Shown piece after piece: positions 1-10,800 of a DNA stretch of 64,000 nucleotides. The notes under the pieces are model-generated. The model was not told where the DNA came from and searched no databases. It saw nothing but the letters and a program-made list of their open reading frames with translations. Origin of the DNA: an uncultured virus (IMG/VR IMGVR_UViG_3300020595_000014). Its lineage: Duplodnaviria; Heunggongvirae; Uroviricota; Caudoviricetes. The position numbers and the translations under genes were made by a program. The stretch lies in the IMG/VR virus record IMGVR_UViG_3300020595_000014. The stretch is one strand, 5' to 3'. Numbering within the stretch: the stretch's first letter is position 1; each line of letters starts with the position of its first letter.

Positions 1-50
1 GAGGATAATTTATACTTGCCATTACCTGACTTGATTGATAAAATATTTTA

Positions 51-824
51 ATGGTCTCAAGTCAACTATCAATACCTCTTCAACGAGGCCTAGTACGCTT
101 TGAAGAGCTATCTTACATAGAATATAAAAATATATGTAAGATGCTCCTTTCAAGTGATCTAGAGGAGATTAATAATTGCTTCGAGACAATCACACAGCGC
201 ATATCATCTAGTTACGATCTCAATATTATCGATAAATTTGAAGCATTAATATATATTAGAAACTCTATACTAGGTAATAATATAACACTCACTCACGACG
301 ATAGAGATGTTAATTTTTCATTGAAGGAACAATGTATAGGTGTCTTTCGAGAGGATGCTTTTGAGTACGGTGGATGTAAGTTCAAGACACCTAAGTATTT
401 TCATAGCAAGGATATTACAGCTACTGTAGCGGATTATCTTTATGATGTTAATGGTAATGATGTAGATAGGTTTTCAATACACGATAAGATCTTAATATTA
501 AATGAAACCGATATACATATTATAAAGGTTGCCGGCATTATAAATAAGATCAAGGATAGGAGTGGCGTGGATATTCTTGAAAATAGAGCAGAAATTAATG
601 TGTATAATGCATCGATACTATACTTCCTACGTGAAATTTTCACTAGTGATCTAATGGAGATGTATGAATTCGAGTACAATATATCGCAACGTCTAAATTT
701 AAAAGGACACGACCTACAGTACTATACACTACCGGAGCTTAAAATTAATTTAAACTTCTATACCAAAGAACAGGCTGAGAAAACTGAAGCCGAAAACAGT
801 AGAACTCCGGACAACGGGGAGTAA
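51..824 (+). CDS. baseplate hub assembly protein (T4 gp26/gp51-like)
   Basis: C-terminal LMEMYEFEY..LQYYTLPELKINLNFY resembles gp51-type assembly catalysts; sits at the head of a baseplate cluster. Confidence 0.45.
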   Translation: MVSSQLSIPLQRGLVRFEELSYIEYKNICKMLLSSDLEEINNCFETITQRISSSYDLNIIDKFEALIYIRNSILGNNITLTHDDRDVNFSLKEQCIGVFREDAFEYGGCKFKTPKYFHSKDITATVADYLYDVNGNDVDRFSIHDKILILNETDIHIIKVAGIINKIKDRSGVDILENRAEINVYNASILYFLREIFTSDLMEMYEFEYNISQRLNLKGHDLQYYTLPELKINLNFYTKEQAEKTEAENSRTPDNGE

Positions 825-832
825 ATATTGAT

Positions 833-1573
833 ATGTCCGATGTAAGTAGTATCATTCAAGAGCTTAAAAAAGCAAAAAAGGTTATAAGTGTATTCTCACC
901 TACACTTAAGAGTAGCATTGATATTGCTCCTATTACACTCGCACAGCAATCTAAGATCATCGAAACTGTAGCAAACATTACATCAAGTGCTGGCAGCCCT
1001 ATTATAGCTATCTTAGAATTTAATAACGTGATGTATTCTATTCTTAAAAAGAATATTAGTGAGTATCAACCCGTCTTTAATACTATTGACCGAACTAACT
1101 TTATCCTCGCGCTTAAAGGATATATTGATGGTATCGTTACTACCGAAGATAGTATAGACTTCGATATCAAAAAGATGCTCACTAGAAATGAGAGTATTGA
1201 GCTTGAAGTTGCACCAGAAAGCGTCACAGTTGACGATATTACATTTCACCTTGCACCACCTTCAATGGATGACGACCATATCGTTAACGGTCTTATTCTA
1301 CGTAAGTATAAGAGTAATTCAGCTAAATCTCTTCTGAGTGACGTGTATCATTTTGAATCATTAAAATTTATTAAAGCCATCTCTATTGGTGACCAGACTC
1401 TTAAAATTAGAAAAGATACTAAGAGCATAGATATTATTAAGGAGCTCGATACAGTGCAGTTACGACCTGTATACGACTATATTGGTAAGGTTAGAGCCGC
1501 TGAAGAAGTGCTAACTAACCACCTCACGGCCGATGAGCAACTAGATATTACCCCAGACCTATTTATATCGTAG
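833..1573 (+). CDS. baseplate hub subunit (gp26-like)
   Basis: SPTLKSSIDIAPITLAQQSKII resembles the gp26 N-terminus; gene context. Confidence 0.4.
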   Translation: MSDVSSIIQELKKAKKVISVFSPTLKSSIDIAPITLAQQSKIIETVANITSSAGSPIIAILEFNNVMYSILKKNISEYQPVFNTIDRTNFILALKGYIDGIVTTEDSIDFDIKKMLTRNESIELEVAPESVTVDDITFHLAPPSMDDDHIVNGLILRKYKSNSAKSLLSDVYHFESLKFIKAISIGDQTLKIRKDTKSIDIIKELDTVQLRPVYDYIGKVRAAEEVLTNHLTADEQLDITPDLFIS

Positions 1574-1593
1574 TGTGATGTATAAATATATGT

Positions 1594-3411
1594 ATGGCAG
1601 AACCTACTATTGCGGAAGCAATTTCGCTACTAACTAAAGTATCAGCTGATACGGCGAACCAACTAAAAATCCTTCAGAAAGAGGTTGGTAAGGGCGCGCG
1701 CGCATCAACAACATCGCGAGGCTCTACTGCACCGCGCGAAGCTCAAGGGCCACGAGATATTGTAGAAAGGCCTAAAGATGTTGTAATTACTAATTTTGGA
1801 CCTGATGCTGAAGATGATCTTGCTAGAGCTTTCGGTCGCGAGACTGAAGCAGCTTTAGAAAAACAGCAGGAGAAAAATAATAGTGACCTAATGGGCCTAT
1901 TAAAATTAGTAGGAGTCGGTGCAGGTCTTGCGGCATTAGTTGATGGTCAAGGTATTGTAGGTCTTGTATCAGGCTTACAACAAGTTTACAAGAGAATTGA
2001 TAAGTTTGCAGTAAGAGCTGGGAATGTATTATCACGGATAGGTACTAGAATTAGTGATTTGGCGAAATCTATTAGGAAAGGAGTAACTAGCCGACTTGAT
2101 AAAGCGAGTAAGGCTGTGAGCAAGGCTATTGCACCTATGCGTAAAAAGGTTATGGAGATGGCTGCCCGTATAGGTAATAGGCTCAGTAGCGCCGCCACGA
2201 GTGCCAAAAAAGGCATAGAAAAGGCCGGTACAAAAGTTAAAGAAATAGTTAATACTATATCGACTAAATTTGGCGGAGCCTTTGAAAGAATTGCAAGTAG
2301 AATATCCAAGTTTGGATCATCTCTCGTGAAGGGAATGGAGGCAGCAAAGAAAAAAGCAGCTGAAATAGCTCGGAAGATAACCGGGTCACCGGCCGGTAAG
2401 GCAGTCAGTCAGGCCGCTAGTGCAACTAAAGGCTTTTTTTCCGGGGCTGCTAGCTACGTTGGTAGTAAAGTGAGCAGTGCAGCCGCCAGGGGCGCACAGG
2501 CAGTAAGGGGCGGAGCACAAGCGGTTGGAAGAGCCGGCGCGGCAGTAGGCGGGGCAGTGAGGAGTGGAGCTACTAGAGCACTCAAATTTACAAAGGATAC
2601 AGTTTTAAAGCCAGTAGGCGCCGCAATTCAAAAAGTTAAACCGTTGAAACTGGTAAGAGGGCTTTTAAAAAGTCCCCTTTTAGCACCCATACTCGAGTCT
2701 TTTTTCACATATAAAGATGTGGAAGAGTTGGTAAAGCAGCATGAGCTCGGTGACATAGATGATGCTGAGTTGAATGAAAAGGTCGGTACAAGGTTAATTA
2801 AAGCAGTAACTGGTGTTATTGGTGGAGCTGGTGGCGCTATTCTCGGAGGTGCAATTGGATCAGGGGTCCCAATAGCAGGTAACATAGTTGGTGCTATTGC
2901 TGGTGGTGTATTAGGTGACGTAGGTGGTAGGCTCCTAGGGGGACTTATTGCAAAAAAGTTAGGTGATAAGACTTCAACATTAGGAGAATGGGCATTAAAC
3001 TCAAAATTGTTTAAAGGCCTGAGACAACCAATAATTGGTGAACCACTCGCACAAGTTGATGATGGCATTATCTTTAGTCAAGACGGTCGAGTATTAGCTC
3101 AAGCTAATCCGATGGACACCATATATGCTATGAAAGAAGGAGGACCACTCCTAACAACATTAGCAGCCGGTTTTGAAAGTAATGGTAAAATATTAATAAA
3201 TCTACATGAAATGCATGCAGATCACATGGCTACACAAATTGAACTGGATGAAGAGCGTAATACGTTATTATTGGATCTCGGCAAATTACTATTTAGTACG
3301 TTGACACCAAGCGAAGGAGGACGTACAACTCCTGGATATGCTGGTACATCAGACTTCACCGGGATGTCCGTAGCAGACATGCGCGCAACCTCAACAGGAC
3401 CAATGGTGTAA
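1594..3411 (+). CDS. tape-measure/gp29-like tail length protein
   Basis: 605 aa, long K/A-rich helical tract and Gly-rich hydrophobic GAIGSGVPIAGNIVGAIAGG segment; TATAAATA just upstream. Confidence 0.55.
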   Translation: MAEPTIAEAISLLTKVSADTANQLKILQKEVGKGARASTTSRGSTAPREAQGPRDIVERPKDVVITNFGPDAEDDLARAFGRETEAALEKQQEKNNSDLMGLLKLVGVGAGLAALVDGQGIVGLVSGLQQVYKRIDKFAVRAGNVLSRIGTRISDLAKSIRKGVTSRLDKASKAVSKAIAPMRKKVMEMAARIGNRLSSAATSAKKGIEKAGTKVKEIVNTISTKFGGAFERIASRISKFGSSLVKGMEAAKKKAAEIARKITGSPAGKAVSQAASATKGFFSGAASYVGSKVSSAAARGAQAVRGGAQAVGRAGAAVGGAVRSGATRALKFTKDTVLKPVGAAIQKVKPLKLVRGLLKSPLLAPILESFFTYKDVEELVKQHELGDIDDAELNEKVGTRLIKAVTGVIGGAGGAILGGAIGSGVPIAGNIVGAIAGGVLGDVGGRLLGGLIAKKLGDKTSTLGEWALNSKLFKGLRQPIIGEPLAQVDDGIIFSQDGRVLAQANPMDTIYAMKEGGPLLTTLAAGFESNGKILINLHEMHADHMATQIELDEERNTLLLDLGKLLFSTLTPSEGGRTTPGYAGTSDFTGMSVADMRATSTGPMV

Positions 3412-3451
3412 TTAGTGTAGTGACTATACACATGCAATATAAATATATATA

Positions 3452-4723
3452 ATGAATCTATGGCATCTTAGAGAAGGCAGCACGAAGACATTACCCATGC
3501 TGGAGAGGGCTGGTGGAGGTATCACTGCCGCCGGTGGTGACTTAACTAACCTAACTAACCTCGAAGGATACACACAAGGTAAAATGGCAGATCCAATTAA
3601 TGTCGTAGATGACTTCTCATGGACTGTAAGTCCGAAGAGTTCAAGAAACGATGTACCACGGCTTCAATTGATTGAGAAAAGAGTTAAACTCAACTCTACG
3701 GTCACAAACCTCGCGTATAGTGCTCTCGCTACTGTAGATTCTGCAGAAGGCGCTGTTAACACAATAACTGGTCTAGTAGGCCCCGTAACTACTACCGGTG
3801 ATGAGGAGGCACCGGGATTAGCAGGGCAACTAGCTAACGGGGTCATTGAGGCAGGTAAGTCAGTTAGTGGCCTACTGAATAAATTTCAAGAGGAAGCTGT
3901 ACGGTTAGGCGGGTTGACAAAATTCCAAAATCCGGCCCTTACACCGTATGACGGGTTGTATAGTCTTGAGAATACCGGGTTTAGTTATTATTTTCCATAC
4001 CTCGATGATACCTTTATAAAGAGTAACAACTCCTTCGGTCAGGCTAATGAAGGTTTAGTGGCACCAATTGCTAATAAACTCGCGGGATTAGCGGAGGGTC
4101 TTGCCGGCGCCGCAAATTTAGTAAAGCCAGGTACTTATATTGAAAAGGCAAAACAATTTGAAATGAAAGATGAGGGTAAGACTTTGAGTTTTACATTACC
4201 TCTCCTCAATACCATATCTGTTGATGATATCTCTAGAAATTGGCAATTATTATTCGGCTTAATCTACCAGAACACACCTGGTAGAATCAGTAAGAGTATA
4301 ATTGACCAGCCTGTACTATATGAGTTACACTTACCAGGTGTTGCATTTATGCCTTATGCATATATTTCGGAACTAAGTGTAAAGTATGTAGGCTCTCGTA
4401 GAAAAATGACGATAGAGGTACCTATACAATCACCCGGGAGCGATACCGCGTCAACTTCTATTGAGACAATAATACCCGACGCATATCAGCTCGATATATC
4501 CGTTACCGGGTTAAATCCTGAAACTAGAAACTTTTTATATGCTAATATAGCTAAGCCGAAACTAACAGTAAACGCCGCTCTAGACCCCATTCAGGGCGTT
4601 TTTGACGCCTTTGGCGGTGCGAACGCTGCCGCAGAAGCACCTACACAGGGCCTACCTACAAGATCACGTAACAAGGCAAAAGAGGATATCGCCAGTGATA
4701 GCCTCCTACCGCCGAGACCCTAA
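3452..4723 (+). CDS. baseplate/tail-tube cap-like structural protein
   Basis: position between tape measure and gp53-like gene; gp48/gp54-like beta-rich C-terminal half; late promoter. Confidence 0.4.
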   Translation: MNLWHLREGSTKTLPMLERAGGGITAAGGDLTNLTNLEGYTQGKMADPINVVDDFSWTVSPKSSRNDVPRLQLIEKRVKLNSTVTNLAYSALATVDSAEGAVNTITGLVGPVTTTGDEEAPGLAGQLANGVIEAGKSVSGLLNKFQEEAVRLGGLTKFQNPALTPYDGLYSLENTGFSYYFPYLDDTFIKSNNSFGQANEGLVAPIANKLAGLAEGLAGAANLVKPGTYIEKAKQFEMKDEGKTLSFTLPLLNTISVDDISRNWQLLFGLIYQNTPGRISKSIIDQPVLYELHLPGVAFMPYAYISELSVKYVGSRRKMTIEVPIQSPGSDTASTSIETIIPDAYQLDISVTGLNPETRNFLYANIAKPKLTVNAALDPIQGVFDAFGGANAAAEAPTQGLPTRSRNKAKEDIASDSLLPPRP

Positions 4724-4779
4724 GGTGAATAAATACTCCGAATAGGTGATATAAGAGTTAACCTGTTATAAATATTAGT

Positions 4780-5148
4780 ATGGCTGACTTAGGGAAATTT
4801 CAAGAGGATATTACTAATCTAACTATACTCGAACAGTATAGGTATGAGAATATCTTTAAGATTTACGAAACAGGTGACAAGGATTTTTTCTATTATAATA
4901 TCCTTAAGAAAATAAAACTGCCTGATGATATGGATGATGAACTGTTTAATACAGTAGCGTATAATGATGCTCTACCCATTACAACGTTAAGCTATAGAAT
5001 TTACGGTACTACCTACCTATGGTGGTTAATTATGGTGGTTAATAATATCTCAAACCCTGCTAAGATAGCAGCTGGCAGCCGGGTAAAGTATATCAAAAAG
5101 CAATACTTAAAACCTACTATAGACAGCATAAAACAGCAATTACAGTAA
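4780..5148 (+). CDS. baseplate wedge subunit (gp53-like, LysM-like)
   Basis: LSYRIYGTTYLWWLIMVVNNISNP motif. Confidence 0.75.
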   Translation: MADLGKFQEDITNLTILEQYRYENIFKIYETGDKDFFYYNILKKIKLPDDMDDELFNTVAYNDALPITTLSYRIYGTTYLWWLIMVVNNISNPAKIAAGSRVKYIKKQYLKPTIDSIKQQLQ

Positions 5149-6686
5149 TGAGATATAACTTTGACACCTCTTATGAAGAGAGATTTAGCGCTATTATTGA
5201 TACACAGAAGTATCTGTTTAAAGTAACTTTGTTCAATCCAGAAGGTGACAAAGTTACCTTAACTAAAAGGGAAGTCAAAGAACTTAAGCTCATCGATAAT
5301 CTCCGCGACCCGTGGGTAAGGGGATCTATAGCCATCGATAATACCCAATCCGCTATAGAGCGTTTCGTAACTGACCCGGCAGACCGAGAATTTCAACCCG
5401 ACCTTGCACCATTAAAGGGTTATACTTACCGCGGTGATGGTAGAGATTTTATTCAGATTGAAATTATTCCTCTAGACTCCGGAGATCTCTCAGAGTTTAC
5501 TAATGATGATAAGGACTTTAAAACGACATTTGGTCTCAGATATATCTTTAGTATTAAGCAAGGTAGTAATACTACTATTAATGGTACTGAGTGTAAATTT
5601 TTTAATATTGGCGATGCAGACGAGGAAATCCTAAAGGAGAAGAAAGCATTTTTTTCGACTGGTAAGTTAGCAACCCCGGAAGGTGTTGAAGCAGCACAAT
5701 CTAATAACGAGGGTAGGTATGCTACTACAGGAGATAGTATAAGAGCTATACTAAATGATAATCTGGATGGTGGAAATGTTATTAATGATTCGGAGTTCGA
5801 GGCTGGAGCATCCAAGCTATTCTACTCCTCACCTATTAATAACACAGCTTATGACGATTTAAATTATCTTTTAGACCGGCACGTAAGTAATAGTTCATCT
5901 AACGACTTTTCATTTTTAAAGAAATCAAACTACACTGGTGAATATAATTTACAGAGTGCGGAGAGTATATTCGGTAAAGCTTTTCAAAAAAATAGCAACG
6001 TAGGTGGTGAGTTATTCGTCGAGAACTTTACCATTAATGGTATGGATAGCGGTGATTCGAGTATAATCGAGCCATCTAAAAAAGCACCTGCAGGTGCATT
6101 AGAATTTGGTAGTAAGGGTGATGTACTAAATTATAAATTCTTTGATACTGATGGTGAGCAATATAAAAAAGCGATTAAGACCCAGGTTGTCAATTCATAC
6201 GATTTTAAAAATAAGCGATTTAATATAGAAGTTAAGGATAGTAGCGTCGCGACGGTACGCGATAAGTTTAGTGATGTATATGTAAATCCACTTAAAGGTG
6301 ACAATAACAAGCCTTACCCTAACCTTCCATTAACAGATCTTCAAAAAGAGAATCAAACGTTTGAGTCAAATTTTTCAGAGTATGGTGAATCTTCGGAAAT
6401 CAGGAAGTCATACGGTTCTAATAAGCTATTAAAGTCTAGTCTGTTTTCTAATATGGCTATAGAGATTATAATTAAGGGCCAGCTCTTAAGAAAGACAGGT
6501 ACTTTCTTCTCTGTTGACAGGCAGGGAGCATATATAGAAAATCAATATGATAATAAGGTATTAGGTATGTATCTACTAACAGAGGTAGAGCATCAATTTA
6601 TTGATGAATCTAACTACATTCAACGGATAGTTGGTATAAAGACCAATCACTTCAGTAACCCCAACTTTAACGAGAGTATAATTTAA
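5148..6686 (+). CDS. baseplate hub protein (gp27-like)
   Basis: follows gp53-like gene; C-terminal GMYLLTEVEHQF typical of hub proteins. Confidence 0.55.
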   Translation: MRYNFDTSYEERFSAIIDTQKYLFKVTLFNPEGDKVTLTKREVKELKLIDNLRDPWVRGSIAIDNTQSAIERFVTDPADREFQPDLAPLKGYTYRGDGRDFIQIEIIPLDSGDLSEFTNDDKDFKTTFGLRYIFSIKQGSNTTINGTECKFFNIGDADEEILKEKKAFFSTGKLATPEGVEAAQSNNEGRYATTGDSIRAILNDNLDGGNVINDSEFEAGASKLFYSSPINNTAYDDLNYLLDRHVSNSSSNDFSFLKKSNYTGEYNLQSAESIFGKAFQKNSNVGGELFVENFTINGMDSGDSSIIEPSKKAPAGALEFGSKGDVLNYKFFDTDGEQYKKAIKTQVVNSYDFKNKRFNIEVKDSSVATVRDKFSDVYVNPLKGDNNKPYPNLPLTDLQKENQTFESNFSEYGESSEIRKSYGSNKLLKSSLFSNMAIEIIIKGQLLRKTGTFFSVDRQGAYIENQYDNKVLGMYLLTEVEHQFIDESNYIQRIVGIKTNHFSNPNFNESII

Positions 6687-7555
6687 TGAGTAATCAAGTT
6701 TCTTTAACACCAGAGTATGTAGGTATGGTACAGCAAACTAGTACCGATTTTTACCAAGCAAATAACTCTCTATTCGAGAGCTTTCAAGAATTTTTAGATG
6801 AGTTGGGTACTTGTATAGACCTAGAGAAGGCTAAGAGCAGTGATGGTATTGCACAGAGTATTAGTAATGTATATATAGAGTTGAATAATTCAAAACTCGA
6901 TAGCTATAATGAGCAATTTCAATTATACTTCATTGAAAAATATCAAAGTCTCTTGACATCTGTTAAAGATTTTATTACTGATAGTTTAGGCGCCGGTAAT
7001 GTATACTTAATTGCTTTCAGTGACGATATAGGTAACATCGTTAATCAGACTAGTGTTATTGATAATAGCACGTCCCCCTTCTTTGATACCTACGATACGT
7101 CTTTTAACTACCCCAACGCTCTCCCTGCGTCTCTGTACAACAAAGTATCACAGACGCAGTTAGATAACAATATAAAACTCGCCGTCTACACCGACGCTTT
7201 AATGAAGACGAGCCTTGCAGGCCTACAAGCAACTACGGATGTAAATATTGCTAAAACTGCGCACGGTGATAATCTAGTTAATGATAATCTATATATAGAT
7301 CGGTTATTTTTACTGAAGGACCCGGTAAACGCCAAGATTAAAACTCTGCTTAAAAATATGGCAGACTTTATTAACTTCTTTAAAGAAGTTAACTGGCAGG
7401 ATAGAGATCTTAATAGAACCAGTATTGATTTGGCCTATAATACAACGATCGAGGGAGTAGCTACTACACTAGATATGCTAAAGAATAAAATAGATGCTGG
7501 TAATAGTGGTATTGAAGCTGATCTAGATGATAGGTATGCGGCCACAGGCGCTTAA
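6686..7555 (+). CDS. hypothetical (probably virion) protein
   Basis: 289 aa ORF coupled to the upstream gene (TAATG). Confidence 0.5.
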   Translation: MSNQVSLTPEYVGMVQQTSTDFYQANNSLFESFQEFLDELGTCIDLEKAKSSDGIAQSISNVYIELNNSKLDSYNEQFQLYFIEKYQSLLTSVKDFITDSLGAGNVYLIAFSDDIGNIVNQTSVIDNSTSPFFDTYDTSFNYPNALPASLYNKVSQTQLDNNIKLAVYTDALMKTSLAGLQATTDVNIAKTAHGDNLVNDNLYIDRLFLLKDPVNAKIKTLLKNMADFINFFKEVNWQDRDLNRTSIDLAYNTTIEGVATTLDMLKNKIDAGNSGIEADLDDRYAATGA

Positions 7556-8028
7556 GCCTGCGTCGATATAGCCTCTCCATCATCTACAATTTCTGCATCT
7601 ATAATTAATTTAGACATTAGCTCTTCTCTATTGAGAAGTAATTTATGATCTTGGTCGCTCTGCTGCAGTACTTTCCTACTCTCAATATCTAATGTCTTTA
7701 TAAAGATAGAGTTTTTATTTTTTTCATTTGCGATGTGTATCTTCTGCAAACTGTCTAGTGCAGTAGCTGATGACGATATTAATTTAGCTAACGCCTCAAC
7801 ATCCCTACTATCTGGAGCCGCAGAAACATATGCACCTATATCGTCGATATATGACATACTATCTTTAATTAGCTTTCCGGTATTATTCAAGATAAAAGCT
7901 TCGATATCATCCTTATCGAGTGTAAATTCTTCATTCTGGTTTGAGGTAGCCTTAACCTTGATATCGCCTTTCACTTTAAGCGCATCTAGTAAATCATTAA
8001 CATCTGGATTGGTTTCCTCTTTCGACAT
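7552..8028 (-). CDS. terminase small subunit (gp16-like)
   Basis: PDSRDVEALAKLISSSATALDSLQKI and LLLNREELMSKL resemble the gp16 PRAYEV..TAELQKL pattern; start moved to the ATG after TAAATA. Confidence 0.5.
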   Translation of the reverse strand: MSKEETNPDVNDLLDALKVKGDIKVKATSNQNEEFTLDKDDIEAFILNNTGKLIKDSMSYIDDIGAYVSAAPDSRDVEALAKLISSSATALDSLQKIHIANEKNKNSIFIKTLDIESRKVLQQSDQDHKLLLNREELMSKLIIDAEIVDDGEAISTQA

Positions 8029-8085
8029 AAAAATATTTAATATAACCACTTGAATATTCAAGATTAGCCGTTACAATAGATACAT

Positions 8086-8568
8086 ATGAATAGTACTGAT
8101 GTAAAAATTGACGCGGAGATTAAATTTGTTAAGACCCATGACGCCGCTAAACTACCTGAAAAGGCTCATAATGACGATAACTGTTATGATTTGTTCGCAG
8201 TTGAAGATACGACCATCCCCGGTGCTCGGTCACATTATGATCATAAGGTGTCTGTTGGTAGTGCTGTAGTGCCTGTTGGTATTAAGGTCGGTTATATTAC
8301 CCCCGGTTTCGGGTTTGTAATTAAACCTAAGTCTGGTTTAGGTTTTAAAGCTGGTCTACAGCCGCATCTTGGTGAGATCGACACCGGATATCGAGGTGAT
8401 TGTGCAGTGAAGATGTATAATTTTTCTAATAAAGATTACCACTATAAAGTAGGAGATAAGGTAGCTCAAATTAAGGTAGAAAAGAATTGGACGACCACGA
8501 TTGAGTGGGCAGATGAGGTTGAAGTAGCTGAAAGAGGTGAAGGTGGATTCGGTTCAACAGGCAAGTAA
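8086..8568 (+). CDS. dut: dUTPase
   Basis: motifs YDL, PKSGL, GEIDTGYRG, GDKVAQ, RGEGGFGSTG. Confidence 0.95.
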   Translation: MNSTDVKIDAEIKFVKTHDAAKLPEKAHNDDNCYDLFAVEDTTIPGARSHYDHKVSVGSAVVPVGIKVGYITPGFGFVIKPKSGLGFKAGLQPHLGEIDTGYRGDCAVKMYNFSNKDYHYKVGDKVAQIKVEKNWTTTIEWADEVEVAERGEGGFGSTGK

Positions 8569-8630
8569 TATAAAGCAGTTGAGAATAAAGGAACACCATT
8601 ATAATATATTAACATTAAAAGTAAAAAGAT

Positions 8631-8741
8631 ATGGGAAAGACAACTAGACAGAAAATAACAGAAAAGAAAGTAGGTAACGCTAAGATACGTAAAACAGTAA
8701 CCGTAACTGTTACTAAACCACCGAAAAAGAAAAGAAAGTAA
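8631..8741 (+). CDS. small basic protein, 36 aa (below ORF-track cutoff)
   Basis: MGKTTRQKITEKKVGNAKIRKTVTVTVTKPPKKKRK; GGAAC-N5-TATAAT at 8590; stop overlaps the next ATG. Confidence 0.55.
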   Translation: MGKTTRQKITEKKVGNAKIRKTVTVTVTKPPKKKRK

Positions 8742-9655
8742 TGTTTAACAACCTTTGGGTCGAAAAGTATAGGCCACGGACGCTAGCTGATTTAGTTTTA
8801 TCGGATACTAATAGAAAGTATTTCGAATCTATTGAAGACGAGATACCCAATCTACTCTTTGTAGGTACACCAGGTCTCGGTAAAACTACATTAGCTAGAA
8901 TTCTCATTGAGGATATCTTAAAGTGTCAGTATCTGTATATTAACGCATCAGACGAGAATGGTATCGATACTATTCGCTCAAAGGTTGTTGGCTTTAGTCA
9001 GACCAAGTCGCTTACTGGTGGTATTAAGGTAGTTATACTTGATGAGGCTGACGGTATAACTATCGACGGTCAACGTGCTCTACGTAATACTATGGAAGAG
9101 TATAGCGGGCAGACTCGCTTTATTCTAACTGCAAATTATAAGCATAAGATCATACCGGCTATTCAGAGCCGTGCTCAATCCTTCGACCTTAATCCACCGT
9201 TTGATGATGTGTTGAAACGTATTGTTAGCGTTATAAAGTCTGAAGACATTAAGATCGATGATGACCAGAAGACTAACTTTGTAAATGTAATTAAACAGAA
9301 CTATCCTGATATTCGTAAGATTATTAACGCGGTGCAGAAAGCGTGTATCAATGGTGATTTTAATATCGATATCGCTCTAGATAGTAAAGAGCTTGTCGAT
9401 AGGATACATACTGACGTACAAGGTAGTGACGTGATGGGACTACGCAAGTATCTGATCGAGAATGAAAATGAGTTTCAAGGTGACTATCATAATCTCATGA
9501 AGCAGTACTTGAACTTTGTATATTCAAGTACTCTCCATGACGATAAGAAGCGAGAATATATTCTCGTGCTTAGTGATTATATGTATAAAGATGTCTTTGT
9601 ACTAGACAAAGAAATTAACGCATTTGCCTGCTGGGTAGCATTAAGCAAGATTTAG
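8741..9655 (+). CDS. sliding-clamp loader AAA+ subunit (T4 gp44/RFC-like)
   Basis: LWVEKYRP, GTPGLGKTT, INASDE, ILDEAD, AIQSR motifs. Confidence 0.93.
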   Translation: MFNNLWVEKYRPRTLADLVLSDTNRKYFESIEDEIPNLLFVGTPGLGKTTLARILIEDILKCQYLYINASDENGIDTIRSKVVGFSQTKSLTGGIKVVILDEADGITIDGQRALRNTMEEYSGQTRFILTANYKHKIIPAIQSRAQSFDLNPPFDDVLKRIVSVIKSEDIKIDDDQKTNFVNVIKQNYPDIRKIINAVQKACINGDFNIDIALDSKELVDRIHTDVQGSDVMGLRKYLIENENEFQGDYHNLMKQYLNFVYSSTLHDDKKREYILVLSDYMYKDVFVLDKEINAFACWVALSKI

Positions 9656-10242
9656 GACATATACTGTGCAGTATAGTTCTCATTAACCGCCGGAGACGGT
9701 GTAGCTGGCTTTGAGGGTATCTTAGTGTTCTTCTTAGCTAGCGAACGCTCAGATTTTTTAAGACTATCGCCCTGCTGGGTCATCGTTTGCTGCTGCTCTT
9801 CATTTTCCTCAGCTTCGACAGGATCAATTTGAACCTTGTTATCGTACTTAACTGAGTCAGGTACTGGAGCACTTCCAAAATCAGCTCCATGACCACCATC
9901 GTCAGCAACTAGTATACCCATGGGAACAGTTACTGAATTCTGATTATCGTATAGGCCGTTAGTAAGCTCAATAGCTACTGTAGCGATGAAAGAATCTCCT
10001 CTGTTGTCCTCATTACCTGGCGCGGAGCTAGGGTACTTGGTTTTAATATTAATTACCTTTTTATTAAGGTCTGTATCCTTGAACATCTTTTCAATATGGT
10101 CCTGGACTGCTTTGGGTAATTTTGCAAAGCCTTCATGAGACTTGTAACCGTCTACTAACTGAACTCTATCACCAGTCAGGATACCACCGTTAGTCATTCT
10201 CTCTATAGTTGCTTCGATAAGATTTAGAAATTTGTTCGCCAT
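9652..10242 (-). CDS. hypothetical protein
   Basis: 196 aa ORF with TAAATA upstream. Confidence 0.55.
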   Translation of the reverse strand: MANKFLNLIEATIERMTNGGILTGDRVQLVDGYKSHEGFAKLPKAVQDHIEKMFKDTDLNKKVINIKTKYPSSAPGNEDNRGDSFIATVAIELTNGLYDNQNSVTVPMGILVADDGGHGADFGSAPVPDSVKYDNKVQIDPVEAEENEEQQQTMTQQGDSLKKSERSLAKKNTKIPSKPATPSPAVNENYTAQYMS

Positions 10243-10295
10243 ATTATTATTTATGGTTTCGAGTTAATAATTCCATAGCTTAAATAATATATACA

Positions 10296-10772
10296 ATGGC
10301 CGAGATTAACTTAAACATACTAACACAAGCTCAACCACAGAAAGCGAATAAAGTTATTTATAATGACCTTAGACTAGATTTAGTTTTAGGTTTTACAAAT
10401 AACAACCCGCTTGATAAAGCTAAAGAAGTTAGAGACATTCTAGATGATGTAAATGTCGAGGCAATACAAAACTCATTTATTAATCTTATAACAACATCAC
10501 CTGGCGAGAAGCCACTCAACCCCACATTTGGTATCAATTTCGGTGACCTTCTTTTTTTACCGGTAACAGAAGAACGAGCTGATGCTATTGGTACAGGTAT
10601 TATTGATAATGTAGCGGCAAATGAGCCACGGGTGAACATTATTAACCTGACAATAACACCAGATATTGAGAATCATAGTTACATATGCAACTTCACATAC
10701 AGTATTCCTAGATTTAAAGGCGCTAAATTTAATCTAACCGGTAATTTGTCTCGTTCCGGGTTTTCCGTTTAA
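10296..10772 (+). CDS. baseplate wedge subunit gp25-like
   Basis: AIQNSFINLITTSPGEKPLNPTFG and EPRV motifs. Confidence 0.9.
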   Translation: MAEINLNILTQAQPQKANKVIYNDLRLDLVLGFTNNNPLDKAKEVRDILDDVNVEAIQNSFINLITTSPGEKPLNPTFGINFGDLLFLPVTEERADAIGTGIIDNVAANEPRVNIINLTITPDIENHSYICNFTYSIPRFKGAKFNLTGNLSRSGFSV

Positions 10773-10800
10773 TTAATGTTTTTTATTCATAAATAAATAT

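Noticed and set aside
2300..2600. GC-richer patch in the tape-measure-like gene
   Set aside because: Explained by Ala/Gly-rich protein repeats, with no NNC codon bias
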